DNA of 32,000 bases from assembly GCA_965250005.1 (NCBI GenBank), contig OZ252279.1, positions 1,020,001-1,052,000 of the forward strand, in the 5' to 3' direction. Positions 15,658 through 23,065 of the stretch are shown here, one piece after another. The position numbers were made by a program, and so were the translations under genes. Source of the stretch: Demequinaceae bacterium (GTDB lineage: Bacteria; Actinomycetota; Actinomycetes; Actinomycetales; Demequinaceae). How positions within the stretch are numbered: the stretch's first letter is position 1; each line of letters opens with the position of its first letter. The notes under the pieces were generated by a model, which worked only from the letters and a program-made list of their open reading frames with translations, was not told where the DNA came from and searched no databases.

Positions 15658-16152
15658 ATGCAACAGCACTTCGAGCACAGGTTCGATGCCTCACCAGAGC
15701 GAGTACTCGCGATGTACAGCGATGCGGAGTTCGCTGCTGCGCGCGCAGTGGCGACAGGCGCAATCGAAAGCGATGTCGTGATCGACGGAGAGGTGGACAA
15801 TGCGTTCACGGTCGCCATCCGCCGCACCATGCCAACGGACGACGTCCAGCCGGACTTCAAGGGTTTCGTGGGCGACACGATTTCAGTGCGCTACACCGAA
15901 GCCTGGGAGGCTCCCGACGGCGACGGCCGCGTAGGGACGTTTGCTCTTGAGATCGTAGGTGCGCCCGCCCGTGCCGCAGGCGCCATCGCGATCGCGCCTG
16001 AAGGCTCGGGCTCCATCTTCACCATCGATACCACCGTGTCGACGTCGATGCCGTTCTTGGCCCAACTCGTGACCGAGGCGGTGGCCGAAGCGCTCGAGCG
16101 CGGCATCGCTCAGGAGTTCGAGACTGCGGACGCGTGGCTCGCCCGCGCGTGA
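15658..16152 (+). CDS. DUF2505 (SRPBCC-like) protein
   Basis: 164 aa. The pattern MQQHFEHRFDASPERVLAMYSDAEF...GTFALEIVGAPARAAGAIAIAPEGSGS...VSTSMPFLAQLVTEAV...EFETADAWL matches my recollection of the actinobacterial DUF2505 family. Confidence 0.7.
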   Translation: MQQHFEHRFDASPERVLAMYSDAEFAAARAVATGAIESDVVIDGEVDNAFTVAIRRTMPTDDVQPDFKGFVGDTISVRYTEAWEAPDGDGRVGTFALEIVGAPARAAGAIAIAPEGSGSIFTIDTTVSTSMPFLAQLVTEAVAEALERGIAQEFETADAWLARA

Positions 16153-16538
16153 ATCGCGTACTCGCTGTCTCCATGTCGCTCGTCGCGTTGGGTGGCGCCA
16201 TCGGTGCGGTTGTGCGAAGCGTTATTGATTACGCGATTCCACACGCCGCAGGACCAGTCGCGTGGGACATCATCGCCGTCAACATGGTTGGCTCTCTTGC
16301 ACTGGGGATCATCGCCGGCCACATTGAGCAACGCACTGAGCCGCGATGGTACCCGCTGCTCGGGCCGGGCCTGCTTGGCGGATTTACCACATTCTCTGCG
16401 GCCGCCGCCGCACGTTGGGCGATTGAGACGCCATCCGGAATCGCGCTCGCACTCCTGGCTGGCACTATGCTCGCGGCCGTGGTCGCTGCCGGCGCAGGGT
16501 GGGCGTGGTCGGCGGCTCGCAGGAAGGCTGAAGCATGA
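16149..16538 (+). CDS. crcB: Fluoride channel subunit CrcB/Fluc (1 of 2)
   Basis: I prefer GTG 16149, which forms a GTGA overlap with the DUF2505 stop; the track start is GTG 16134. Motifs: GGAIGAVVR, VNMVGSLALG, GLLGGFTTFS. Confidence 0.9.
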   Translation: MNRVLAVSMSLVALGGAIGAVVRSVIDYAIPHAAGPVAWDIIAVNMVGSLALGIIAGHIEQRTEPRWYPLLGPGLLGGFTTFSAAAAARWAIETPSGIALALLAGTMLAAVVAAGAGWAWSAARRKAEA

Positions 16539-16909
16539 GCATATTGCTGTTGGCTGGAATCGCGATCGGCGGCGCAATAGGCTCTGCGGTCCGCTACGGT
16601 GCAGGGCTGGCCTCGGCCGGCAGAGTATTCCCGTGGGGCACGTTCTGGGCCAATACTGTTGGCACCGCGCTGCTCGGGGCCGTCGCGGCCGCGACCCAAG
16701 CTGGGTCTCTTGGCGGCGCATGGGACCTCGCATTAGGCGCAGGCCTAGCTGGCGGATTGACCACATTCTCGACACTCGCGGTTGACGCTGCGGGGCTTTG
16801 GCGCCGTGGCGCACGGCGCATGGCCGCCAGCTATTTGATCGCCACCTTTGCCGCAGGCGCGGCGGCCGCCGCCGTTGGCTGGTCGGTAACAAGCGCGCTA
16901 GGTCCGTAG
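16535..16909 (+). CDS. crcB: Fluoride channel subunit CrcB/Fluc (2 of 2)
   Basis: 124 aa. ATGA overlap with the upstream crcB stop. Motifs: GGAIGSAVRY, ANTVGTALLG, GLAGGLTTFST. The gene pair implies a heterodimeric Fluc channel. Confidence 0.9.
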   Translation: MSILLLAGIAIGGAIGSAVRYGAGLASAGRVFPWGTFWANTVGTALLGAVAAATQAGSLGGAWDLALGAGLAGGLTTFSTLAVDAAGLWRRGARRMAASYLIATFAAGAAAAAVGWSVTSALGP

Positions 16910-17188
16910 TGTGCGCAACGTGGTCGCTACAAGGTAACAAACCTATATGTGCGTGCGCCACGGGCCCGAGCGAGCGTTGAGAAATGTCCCGGAACCGCGC
17001 TCGGACTAGAAACCGTCGCAGGGGGCGTTTCTGCGGACTCCCTGGACACCAACTCTTTTCCTCCTCCGCGGCATTGGCGCTGGGGTACCTACACTGTTTA
17101 CACTCACGGTCAACGCCGACGTAGTCGTTCACCGCCGCAACAAGCTCAGCGAATTGCTTCGCCTGGTACCAGCCCACTAGGGAGAATC

Positions 17189-18409
17189 GTGACAGACGCA
17201 CACACAGTGCGGACCGCCGCACACGGCGTGGACTCGCTGATCACCTGCGACGGCTTGGTTCGGACCTTTCATGTGAAGAACGTTGAGGTGCCGGCACTTC
17301 AGGGGCTCGACCTACTGGTCGAACTCGGCGAAATGATTGCCATCGTCGGCAAGTCGGGATCGGGCAAGTCGACTCTCCTCAACGTCCTATCTGGCATGGA
17401 CCTACCCACTTCTGGCGCCGCGCGTGTCGCGGGCTGGGACCTGCTGAGCATGTCAACTGCGGACCGACTCTCGTACCGTCGCACGGTCGTGGGGTTTGTG
17501 CGACACAATTCGGGGCGCAACTTGCTTCCGTCGGTGACCGCGCGCGAGAATGTGATGCTCCCGATGGCTCACGGACGGGTGACCGGCCGCGAGCGCGTCA
17601 ACCGTGCGATGGAAATACTCGACATACTCGGTATGGCAGACAAGGCGACTCGACTCCCAGAACAGCTCTCAGACGGCGAGCAGCAGCGTGTTGCGATCGC
17701 GGCGGCCCTTGCAAACTTGCCGATTGTCTTGTTCGCTGATGAGCCCACGAGCGAACTTGACTCCGCCGCTGGAAACGACGTCTTCGAGGCACTGCGCAAC
17801 GCGAACCGCGCGCTGGGCGCCACGGTGGTCGTCGCGACGCACGACTCCAACGCTTCTAGAGAGGTTCAGCGCACCGTAGGCATCCGTAGCGGCCGCGCGG
17901 CCTCCGAAGTGGTGCGACGGTCTCAGATGGCCGCAGACGGGCGGCCAGAGGTCATCTCGGAGGAATACGCCGTGCTTGACCGCACTGGCCGTTTGCAGCT
18001 TCGCCAGGAGTATCGCAAGTCGCTCGAGGCCAAGAGTCGCGTGCGACTTGAACCTGATGTCGACCACCTTGGCGAACGGGACGGCAGCATTCCCCCCCGC
18101 GCTAAGGCGAATCCCTCAGCGACGCCCCCGCCGACGCCCGTAGCGGCTGGCCAGGCCGAACCGTTCACGCTCCCTGCCATACAGGAGCCTCCGGTCCCGG
18201 TTCGGTCTGCAGAGCCACGGTTGCACTTCACCGATGCGCAATCGCGACCGAACGCCGCTGAACAGGCCGCGCAAGTTCGCGCGGGCAATCCGCTGTCACC
18301 CTACGTCGATCAGCACCTCGCCGGCGAAGACCCGACCACAGGCATCGAGAAGTATGAACCAAAGCCCCCAGCCAAGCGCCGCAGCACAAGAAGGGAAAAG
18401 AAGTCATAA
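17189..18409 (+). CDS. ABC transporter ATP-binding protein with a roughly 170-aa C-terminal extension
   Basis: The track ORF begins at 16949. I prefer GTG 17189, 5 nt after GGGAGAA (17180-17186). Walker A GKSGSGKST, Q-loop, signature LSDGEQQR, Walker B LFADEPTSELD, H-loop ATHD. The extension holds EYAVLDRTGRLQLRQEYRKSLEAKSRVRLEPD followed by a Pro-rich basic tail. Confidence 0.85.
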   Translation: MTDAHTVRTAAHGVDSLITCDGLVRTFHVKNVEVPALQGLDLLVELGEMIAIVGKSGSGKSTLLNVLSGMDLPTSGAARVAGWDLLSMSTADRLSYRRTVVGFVRHNSGRNLLPSVTARENVMLPMAHGRVTGRERVNRAMEILDILGMADKATRLPEQLSDGEQQRVAIAAALANLPIVLFADEPTSELDSAAGNDVFEALRNANRALGATVVVATHDSNASREVQRTVGIRSGRAASEVVRRSQMAADGRPEVISEEYAVLDRTGRLQLRQEYRKSLEAKSRVRLEPDVDHLGERDGSIPPRAKANPSATPPPTPVAAGQAEPFTLPAIQEPPVPVRSAEPRLHFTDAQSRPNAAEQAAQVRAGNPLSPYVDQHLAGEDPTTGIEKYEPKPPAKRRSTRREKKS

Positions 18410-18633
18410 CAATCCCTCCGCCGCGACATCGGCGTGTTCGTCGCCGCCGGTGATCGAGACCGCGGACCGCTCAACATGGTCGGGCTCACCAAGCACGTGG
18501 GTCTCGCCTAAGCCGCAATCAAGGAGCCACCGCGCGAGGTGGTCAAGAACGAAGGGCTGACGGCGGAGAACAATTGAGCACTCACGCCACGGCCACCGAG
18601 TTCAGCGCAGTGTAGGCACGTACCCGTGAAATA

Positions 18634-18672
18634 GAGAAGCGTCCCTGCCCGCGAAGGCTAGGGACGCTTCTC
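18634..18672. terminator. Strong hairpin, likely intrinsic terminator of the DUF427 gene (possibly bidirectional)
   Basis: Perfect 13-bp stem: GAGAAGCGTCCCT (18634-18646) pairs with AGGGACGCTTCTC (18660-18672). On the minus strand it is followed by TATTTCAC. Confidence 0.7.
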
Positions 18673-18691
18673 ACTTACTTGGTCCAGCCTG

Positions 18692-18973
18692 CTACGCTTC
18701 GACGCTCACGCCACGCCAGAACGCGACGTAGCCCGCGATATTCTCCGCGCGAGGTTTGGGCGTGTCGTAATGCCATGCCGCATCCTTGTTGATGTTGTCT
18801 CCCACCACGACGTCGTAATAGGCCGCCTCGCCCTTCCAGTGACAGGTGCTCGCCATGTCACTCGACTTGAAGTACTCCTTGTTGATGGCATCCGCCGGGA
18901 AGTAATGGTTTCCCTCGACGACGATCGTGTTGTCAGACTCTGCGATCACTGTGTCATTCCATACGGCCTTCAT
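18692..18973 (-). CDS. DUF427 domain protein
   Basis: I prefer ATG 18973 (MKAVWNDTVIAESD...), preceded by GAGGAG; the track ORF extends to 19048. Motifs: VVEGNHYFP, STCHWKGEAAYYDV, AAWHYDTPKP, VAFW. Confidence 0.8.
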   Translation of the reverse strand: MKAVWNDTVIAESDNTIVVEGNHYFPADAINKEYFKSSDMASTCHWKGEAAYYDVVVGDNINKDAAWHYDTPKPRAENIAGYVAFWRGVSVEA

Positions 18974-19105
18974 GTGGATGCTCCTCGCTATGGGGCGTCG
19001 CCGCCCGTTATGGAAGATGTAACGCCGCAGCGCGCGGGAGCATTCCATGTGCGCGAATCGATCGGGTATTTGTTGTGCCCGCTTGAAACCTCAAAGAAGT
19101 GCAAA

Positions 19106-19130
19106 GGGCCCCGGCCATTGGCCGGGGCCC
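19106..19130 (-). terminator. Intrinsic terminator downstream of tRNA-fMet
   Basis: Perfect palindrome GGGCCCCGGCC-att-GGCCGGGGCCC. On the minus strand it is followed by TTTGCACTTCTTTGAGGTTTC. Confidence 0.7.
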
Positions 19131-19136
19131 AACTTG

Positions 19137-19210
19137 TAGCGGGGACAGGATTTGAACCTGCGACCTCCGGGTTATGAGCCCGGCGAGCTACCGAACTGCT
19201 CCACCCCGCG
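19137..19210 (-). tRNA. Initiator tRNA-Met (CAT anticodon)
   Basis: Reverse strand: CGCGGGGTGGAGCAGTTCGGTAGCTCGCCGGGCTCATAACCCGGAGGTCGCAGGTTCAAATCCTGTCCCCGCTA. It has an unpaired 1:72 position (C:U), three consecutive G-C pairs closing the anticodon stem (GGG/CCC), a CAT anticodon and a GGTTCAAATCC T-arm. The 3' CCA is not encoded. Confidence 0.9.
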
Positions 19211-19279
19211 TCGGTGAGCCCAACTCTACGCGACAGCGAGCGCGCGACAAAATCGGAACACACCACTAGATTTGATCTC

Positions 19280-20002
19280 ATGGCAAACGACCCGTTCCTA
19301 AACCCGTCCAACCGCGAATTTGGCGCTCCGCCGCCTCTTGGCACCACACCGCCTCCACCTGGTGCTCCACCGCAGCGAGGTTGGATGGCCGCCGCGCCCA
19401 CGGGCCTGACCGCGGCTACCATTTGGCTCACGGGGGCATACACGGTGATCACGCTGGTGCAGACGGCGCTAACAGTGACCGAGATTGACGTGCTCGAGCG
19501 CACCGGCCAGAACAGCACCGGCACCGCAGCCCTGGGATTGTTCGGCCAAGTGATTGCACTCGCGTCCTACGTCGTGATCGCGCTGTGGATGACGGCGATC
19601 TACAAAAACCTTGTAGCGCACGGTGTGGCGCAGCCGCTCCACCGCATCTGGGCATGGTTTGCATGGATGGTGCCGCTAGCGAACTACGTGCTCCCCCTGA
19701 TCTACATGCGTGGACTCAATCAGACTGCCAAGAGCATCGCCTTGTGGCCGTGGTGGATCGCTTGGTGCGCAATGTGGACCGTGAGTATTGGCTCAGGCCT
19801 CGCCCTGCTCGACGGACTTGACTTCGGTGCGATTGAGACCGACCCCAACGCGTCTCCTTTCAAGGACGGCGCTCTCGATAACTTCGGCACGTATGTGTGG
19901 GCTTCGTCGATTCTGCTCGTGATCGCGTGGGTCTTCCTTGTCAAACTTGTGCGCGACATCAACACTCGCCACCTCCCAAGCCAGGCAGGCCTCATCACCT
20001 AA
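19280..20002 (+). CDS. DUF4328-like membrane protein with a Pro-rich N-terminus
   Basis: I prefer ATG 19280 (MANDPFLNPSN...) because the track start at 19214 abuts the tRNA. A Pro-rich N-terminus (PPPLGTTPPPPGAPPQ) is followed by 4-5 TM helices rich in Trp (WAWFAWMVPLANYVLPLIYM, WPWWIAWCAMW). Confidence 0.7.
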   Translation: MANDPFLNPSNREFGAPPPLGTTPPPPGAPPQRGWMAAAPTGLTAATIWLTGAYTVITLVQTALTVTEIDVLERTGQNSTGTAALGLFGQVIALASYVVIALWMTAIYKNLVAHGVAQPLHRIWAWFAWMVPLANYVLPLIYMRGLNQTAKSIALWPWWIAWCAMWTVSIGSGLALLDGLDFGAIETDPNASPFKDGALDNFGTYVWASSILLVIAWVFLVKLVRDINTRHLPSQAGLIT

Positions 20003-20018
20003 CACTAAAGGTGCAGCG

Positions 20019-20063
20019 AAGGCGGGGGCCCAAGACCATTTGTGTGTCTTGGGCCCCCGCCTT
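20019..20063. terminator. Bidirectional terminator hairpin between convergent genes
   Basis: Perfect 18-bp stem: AAGGCGGGGGCCCAAGAC (20019-20036) pairs with GTCTTGGGCCCCCGCCTT (20046-20063), with a 9-nt loop. Confidence 0.8.
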
Positions 20064-20104
20064 GTCCTAGACAGCAGGTTGGACCTGCCACCCGCAGTTC
20101 TGTT

Positions 20105-23011
20105 CTAGTTAGAAGTGCCCGCTGCAGCATCCTCCGCCGCAGTGACCTCCTCGGCGTCGATCGCCTCCTCGGCATCAATCGCGGCTTGGAGCGCGGCCTC
20201 GAGCTTATCCTGGGCCTCTCCGTAGGCCGCGAAGTCCCCGGCGGCCAGGGCCTCCTGGCCCTCCTCGATAGCCTCAGACGCATCCGCGAGCGCCCGCTGT
20301 AGCGCTTGACGCGCCTCAGACGTCGACCCGGGATCGGGGTCAACGGGGTCGACAGGGTCGGTCGGGTCAACTGGTTCGACTTCACGCCCGAATACCTGGT
20401 CAAGCGCTCCCGTGAGCGTGTCCGCAAATCCGACCTCGTCTCCAAAGGCGACGAACACCTTGCGCAGCAGTGGGAATTGCGTGCCCTGTGAACTCTTTAC
20501 GTAGACGGGCTGCACGTACAGCAGCCCACCGCCAACCGGAAGCGTCAGCATGTTGCCGTTCTCCACGTCCGTTTCACCCTGACGGAGCAGGTTGAGGACG
20601 TTCTGCGCTTCCGGGTTCGAGTTGAAGGCGTTCTGAACTTGGCCGGGCCCGGGGACCGTCGAGTCGCGCGGCAATTCGAGAACACGTAGCTTCCCATAGT
20701 CCGCATCTGGCTGCCCAGCGATGTTGCCTGGCTCCGAGTTGACGGCGAGGAAGCCAGTAAGCACGTTGCGGTCCGAATTACCGCCCGGGATGTAAGACGA
20801 CGTCAGCGAGAACACCGGCGTGGTCTGCCCCGGCATCTGCAGCGTCAGGTAGTACGGCGGCTGCACTTCGCGCTCGCCTTCAGTCGGGTCGTTCGGCACT
20901 TCCCAGAAGTCCTGGCCCGAGTAGAAAGACGCCGCGTCGGTCACGTGATAGGTCGCGAGCTGCAAGCGCTGGAATTCGAAGAGGGTTTCCGGGTAGCGCA
21001 AGTGGCTCATCAATTCTGAAGAGATCTCGGAGACGGGCGTAAACGAGTCCGGGTAGACGTTCTGCCATGTTTGGAGCAGCGGGTCCTCGGGATCCCAGGC
21101 GTAGAGCGTCACCGAGCCGTCGTATGCGTCTACCGTCGCCTTGACCGAGTTACGGATATAGCTCATCTCGTAGACCGTGGTGGGGCTCGTGGGAATCGGC
21201 AAGCGGGCAGAGTAAGGAAGATTGTCGGTTGTGGTGAAGCCATCGACAACCCACACGACGCGGCCATCAACCACTGCCGGGTAGGTATTGGCGTCGAACA
21301 GCAGGTACGGCGCCACGCGGCGCACACGGTCGACCGGGTCGCGGTGGAAAAGCACCTGCGAATCCGTGGTCACCCGGTCCGAGAAAAGCATCTGCTCCTC
21401 GCCGAACTTGATCGAGAAGAAGAGCTTGTCGAGGACCCCGCCAACGCGCGGGCCCCCGTCACCGGAATAGGTCGTGTTGACCTGCCCAGTCGACGAGGAA
21501 TCGTCCGGGAAATCAAGCTCCCACGGCTCGGCACCCTCAGGCGATCCAACAATCGAGTAGCCAGGGAGTCTGCGCCCAAAGTAGATGCGCGGCTCGTAGT
21601 CGCCGATGTCCCCAATAGACGGGATGCCCGATTGGAAGAACGTGGGCTGGCCGTCCTCGTTCGTGGTGTTACCGTATGCGGCGACCACGCCGAACCCGTG
21701 TGTGAACACGGTGTGGTCGTTAATCCACGAGCGGTTTTCAGCGGAAAGTCCGTCCAGGTTCAGTTCACGCACGGCTATGACCGTGTCGCGGGACTCACCG
21801 TTGATCACGTAGCGGTCAACCGAGAGCTCATCGGGGAAGTTGTAGTACTGCTTGTTCTGCTGAAGTTGCTGGAATGCGGGAGAGACGATGTTGGGGTCGA
21901 GCAACCGGATGGACGCGGTGGTCACTGCTTCCTCGCGCAGTCCAGGCCTTAGCGCGTTGGTCTCAGCGTCGTACGCCGTGTACTCGATGTCATCGAGGCC
22001 CCAGGCGAAGAGCGTCGCATCAATGTTGCGCTGGATGAACTCCGCCTCAAATTCTTGCGCATTGGGTTCCACCTGGAATCGCTGAACGACCGCCGGATAG
22101 ATGCTCCCAACGACGAGCCAGGACAGCACCATGAGCGTTACGCCCAGCAGCGGCACGCGCCAGTCCGGGCGGAAGAGGACCGCAAGGAACATGAGCGCCA
22201 CCACGATGGCGATTCCCGCGAGAATTCCTCGTGCTGGCAGGACAGCATTGATGTCCGTGTAACTCGCGCCGTCCCAGTTGTCGCCCGTCTTGGTCAGCAG
22301 GGAGTAGCGGCTGAGCCATATCTTGAGCGCGATAACGAGCATGACGACTGCGCCGAGGATCGCGAGCTGGAATCGCGCCACTCCGGTGGCGACAAAACTC
22401 CGGCCGCCCGTGGTGATTGCGCCGTACAGCATGTGAACGAACGCGGACAAGAAGGTGGACAACAGCAAAACGGCGAGAACGAAGTTTACGAATACGTTGA
22501 TCGCCGGAAGCGTGAACACGAAGAATGAGAGATCGAACCCGAACTGCGGGTCTTGCATGCCAAAGTCAACGGCGTTCCACCACGCGAGGATGGTCTGCCA
22601 TTCAGAAGCGACGACGACGCCTGCGATAAGGCCGATCAGCACGGGCACCACGATGGTGGCCACGCGCTCGATCGGTTGAATCTGCTCGCGGTAAGCGTCC
22701 AAGGGTCCGCGAGCAGCGGCTGCACCGCGCGGCCGCGCCTTGCGTGCGATCCACAGCGACAGCCACAGCGTGACACTCGCGATCGTCGCAAATATCAAGA
22801 AGAGGGCCAGTTTGGTTGTCCACTCCGTGCGCCAGACCTGCTCAAAGCCGACTTGGCGGAACCACAGGACCTCGGTCCACACGTTGGCGAATGCCACCAA
22901 CAAGATGACGCTTACGAGCACCGCCACAAGCGCAATAGACAAAGGTGACCGGCGGCGCGGGACGCGCACAGGTCGGGCTGGGCGGGCGGGGCGATCTTCG
23001 CTAAACGTCAA
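20105..23011 (-). CDS. UPF0182-family large membrane protein
   Basis: 968 aa with a TTG start. About 7 N-terminal TM helices precede a roughly 650-aa extracytoplasmic region and an acidic, Pro/Asp-repeat C-terminal tail. Size, topology and the position next to a PDZ protease match Rv3193c-type UPF0182 proteins. Confidence 0.9.
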   Translation of the reverse strand: MTFSEDRPARPARPVRVPRRRSPLSIALVAVLVSVILLVAFANVWTEVLWFRQVGFEQVWRTEWTTKLALFLIFATIASVTLWLSLWIARKARPRGAAAARGPLDAYREQIQPIERVATIVVPVLIGLIAGVVVASEWQTILAWWNAVDFGMQDPQFGFDLSFFVFTLPAINVFVNFVLAVLLLSTFLSAFVHMLYGAITTGGRSFVATGVARFQLAILGAVVMLVIALKIWLSRYSLLTKTGDNWDGASYTDINAVLPARGILAGIAIVVALMFLAVLFRPDWRVPLLGVTLMVLSWLVVGSIYPAVVQRFQVEPNAQEFEAEFIQRNIDATLFAWGLDDIEYTAYDAETNALRPGLREEAVTTASIRLLDPNIVSPAFQQLQQNKQYYNFPDELSVDRYVINGESRDTVIAVRELNLDGLSAENRSWINDHTVFTHGFGVVAAYGNTTNEDGQPTFFQSGIPSIGDIGDYEPRIYFGRRLPGYSIVGSPEGAEPWELDFPDDSSSTGQVNTTYSGDGGPRVGGVLDKLFFSIKFGEEQMLFSDRVTTDSQVLFHRDPVDRVRRVAPYLLFDANTYPAVVDGRVVWVVDGFTTTDNLPYSARLPIPTSPTTVYEMSYIRNSVKATVDAYDGSVTLYAWDPEDPLLQTWQNVYPDSFTPVSEISSELMSHLRYPETLFEFQRLQLATYHVTDAASFYSGQDFWEVPNDPTEGEREVQPPYYLTLQMPGQTTPVFSLTSSYIPGGNSDRNVLTGFLAVNSEPGNIAGQPDADYGKLRVLELPRDSTVPGPGQVQNAFNSNPEAQNVLNLLRQGETDVENGNMLTLPVGGGLLYVQPVYVKSSQGTQFPLLRKVFVAFGDEVGFADTLTGALDQVFGREVEPVDPTDPVDPVDPDPGSTSEARQALQRALADASEAIEEGQEALAAGDFAAYGEAQDKLEAALQAAIDAEEAIDAEEVTAAEDAAAGTSN

Positions 23012-23065
23012 GGCCGTGGGTCCTTATCGATGGTGTCGAACATTTGTAGTTCTAGCGTGCCACAC

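Noticed and set aside
15602-16160. Search for a fluoride riboswitch upstream of crcB
   Set aside because: The DUF2505 coding sequence runs directly into the crcB start, and the 56-nt spacer before DUF2505 showed no recognisable crcB-motif elements by eye.
16949-17188. 80-codon N-terminal extension of the ABC ATPase ORF, and similar upstream extensions at 2096, 13712, 19214, 24244, 25619, 29181 and 29696
   Set aside because: The extensions lack family-consistent sequence. Downstream starts have better RBS spacing and/or align with paralogs and typical family N-termini. Some extensions would overlap neighbouring genes or the tRNA.
16110-17222. 370-aa minus-strand ORF spanning both crcB genes and the following spacer
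   Set aside because: It is antisense to two well-supported crcB genes. The product is Arg/Pro/Ser-rich and low-complexity, with no recognisable domain, so I treat it as a GC-driven shadow ORF.
18410-18600. Possible remnant of a second ABC ATPase gene (frame reading PLNMVGLTKHVGLA*)
   Set aside because: Only about 10 residues resemble the xLxGLTKxxG N-terminal pattern, and no Walker A follows in any frame. That is too short to call a pseudogene, so I kept it only as a hypothesis within the ABC finding.
18692-20002. Possible tRNA-associated genomic islet (DUF427, tRNA-fMet, DUF4328; GC slightly lower than the flanks)
   Set aside because: There is no integrase and no direct repeat of the tRNA 3' end. 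The genes are small, common actinobacterial families, and the GC dip is modest.
20336-20380. Five tandem 9-nt units (ggggtcaac/ggggtcgac/agggtcggt/cgggtcaac/tggttcgac)
   Set aside because: They lie inside the UPF0182 coding frame and simply encode the (V/T)DP repeat of its C-terminal tail. The units are imperfect, and one sequence gives no evidence of phase variation.
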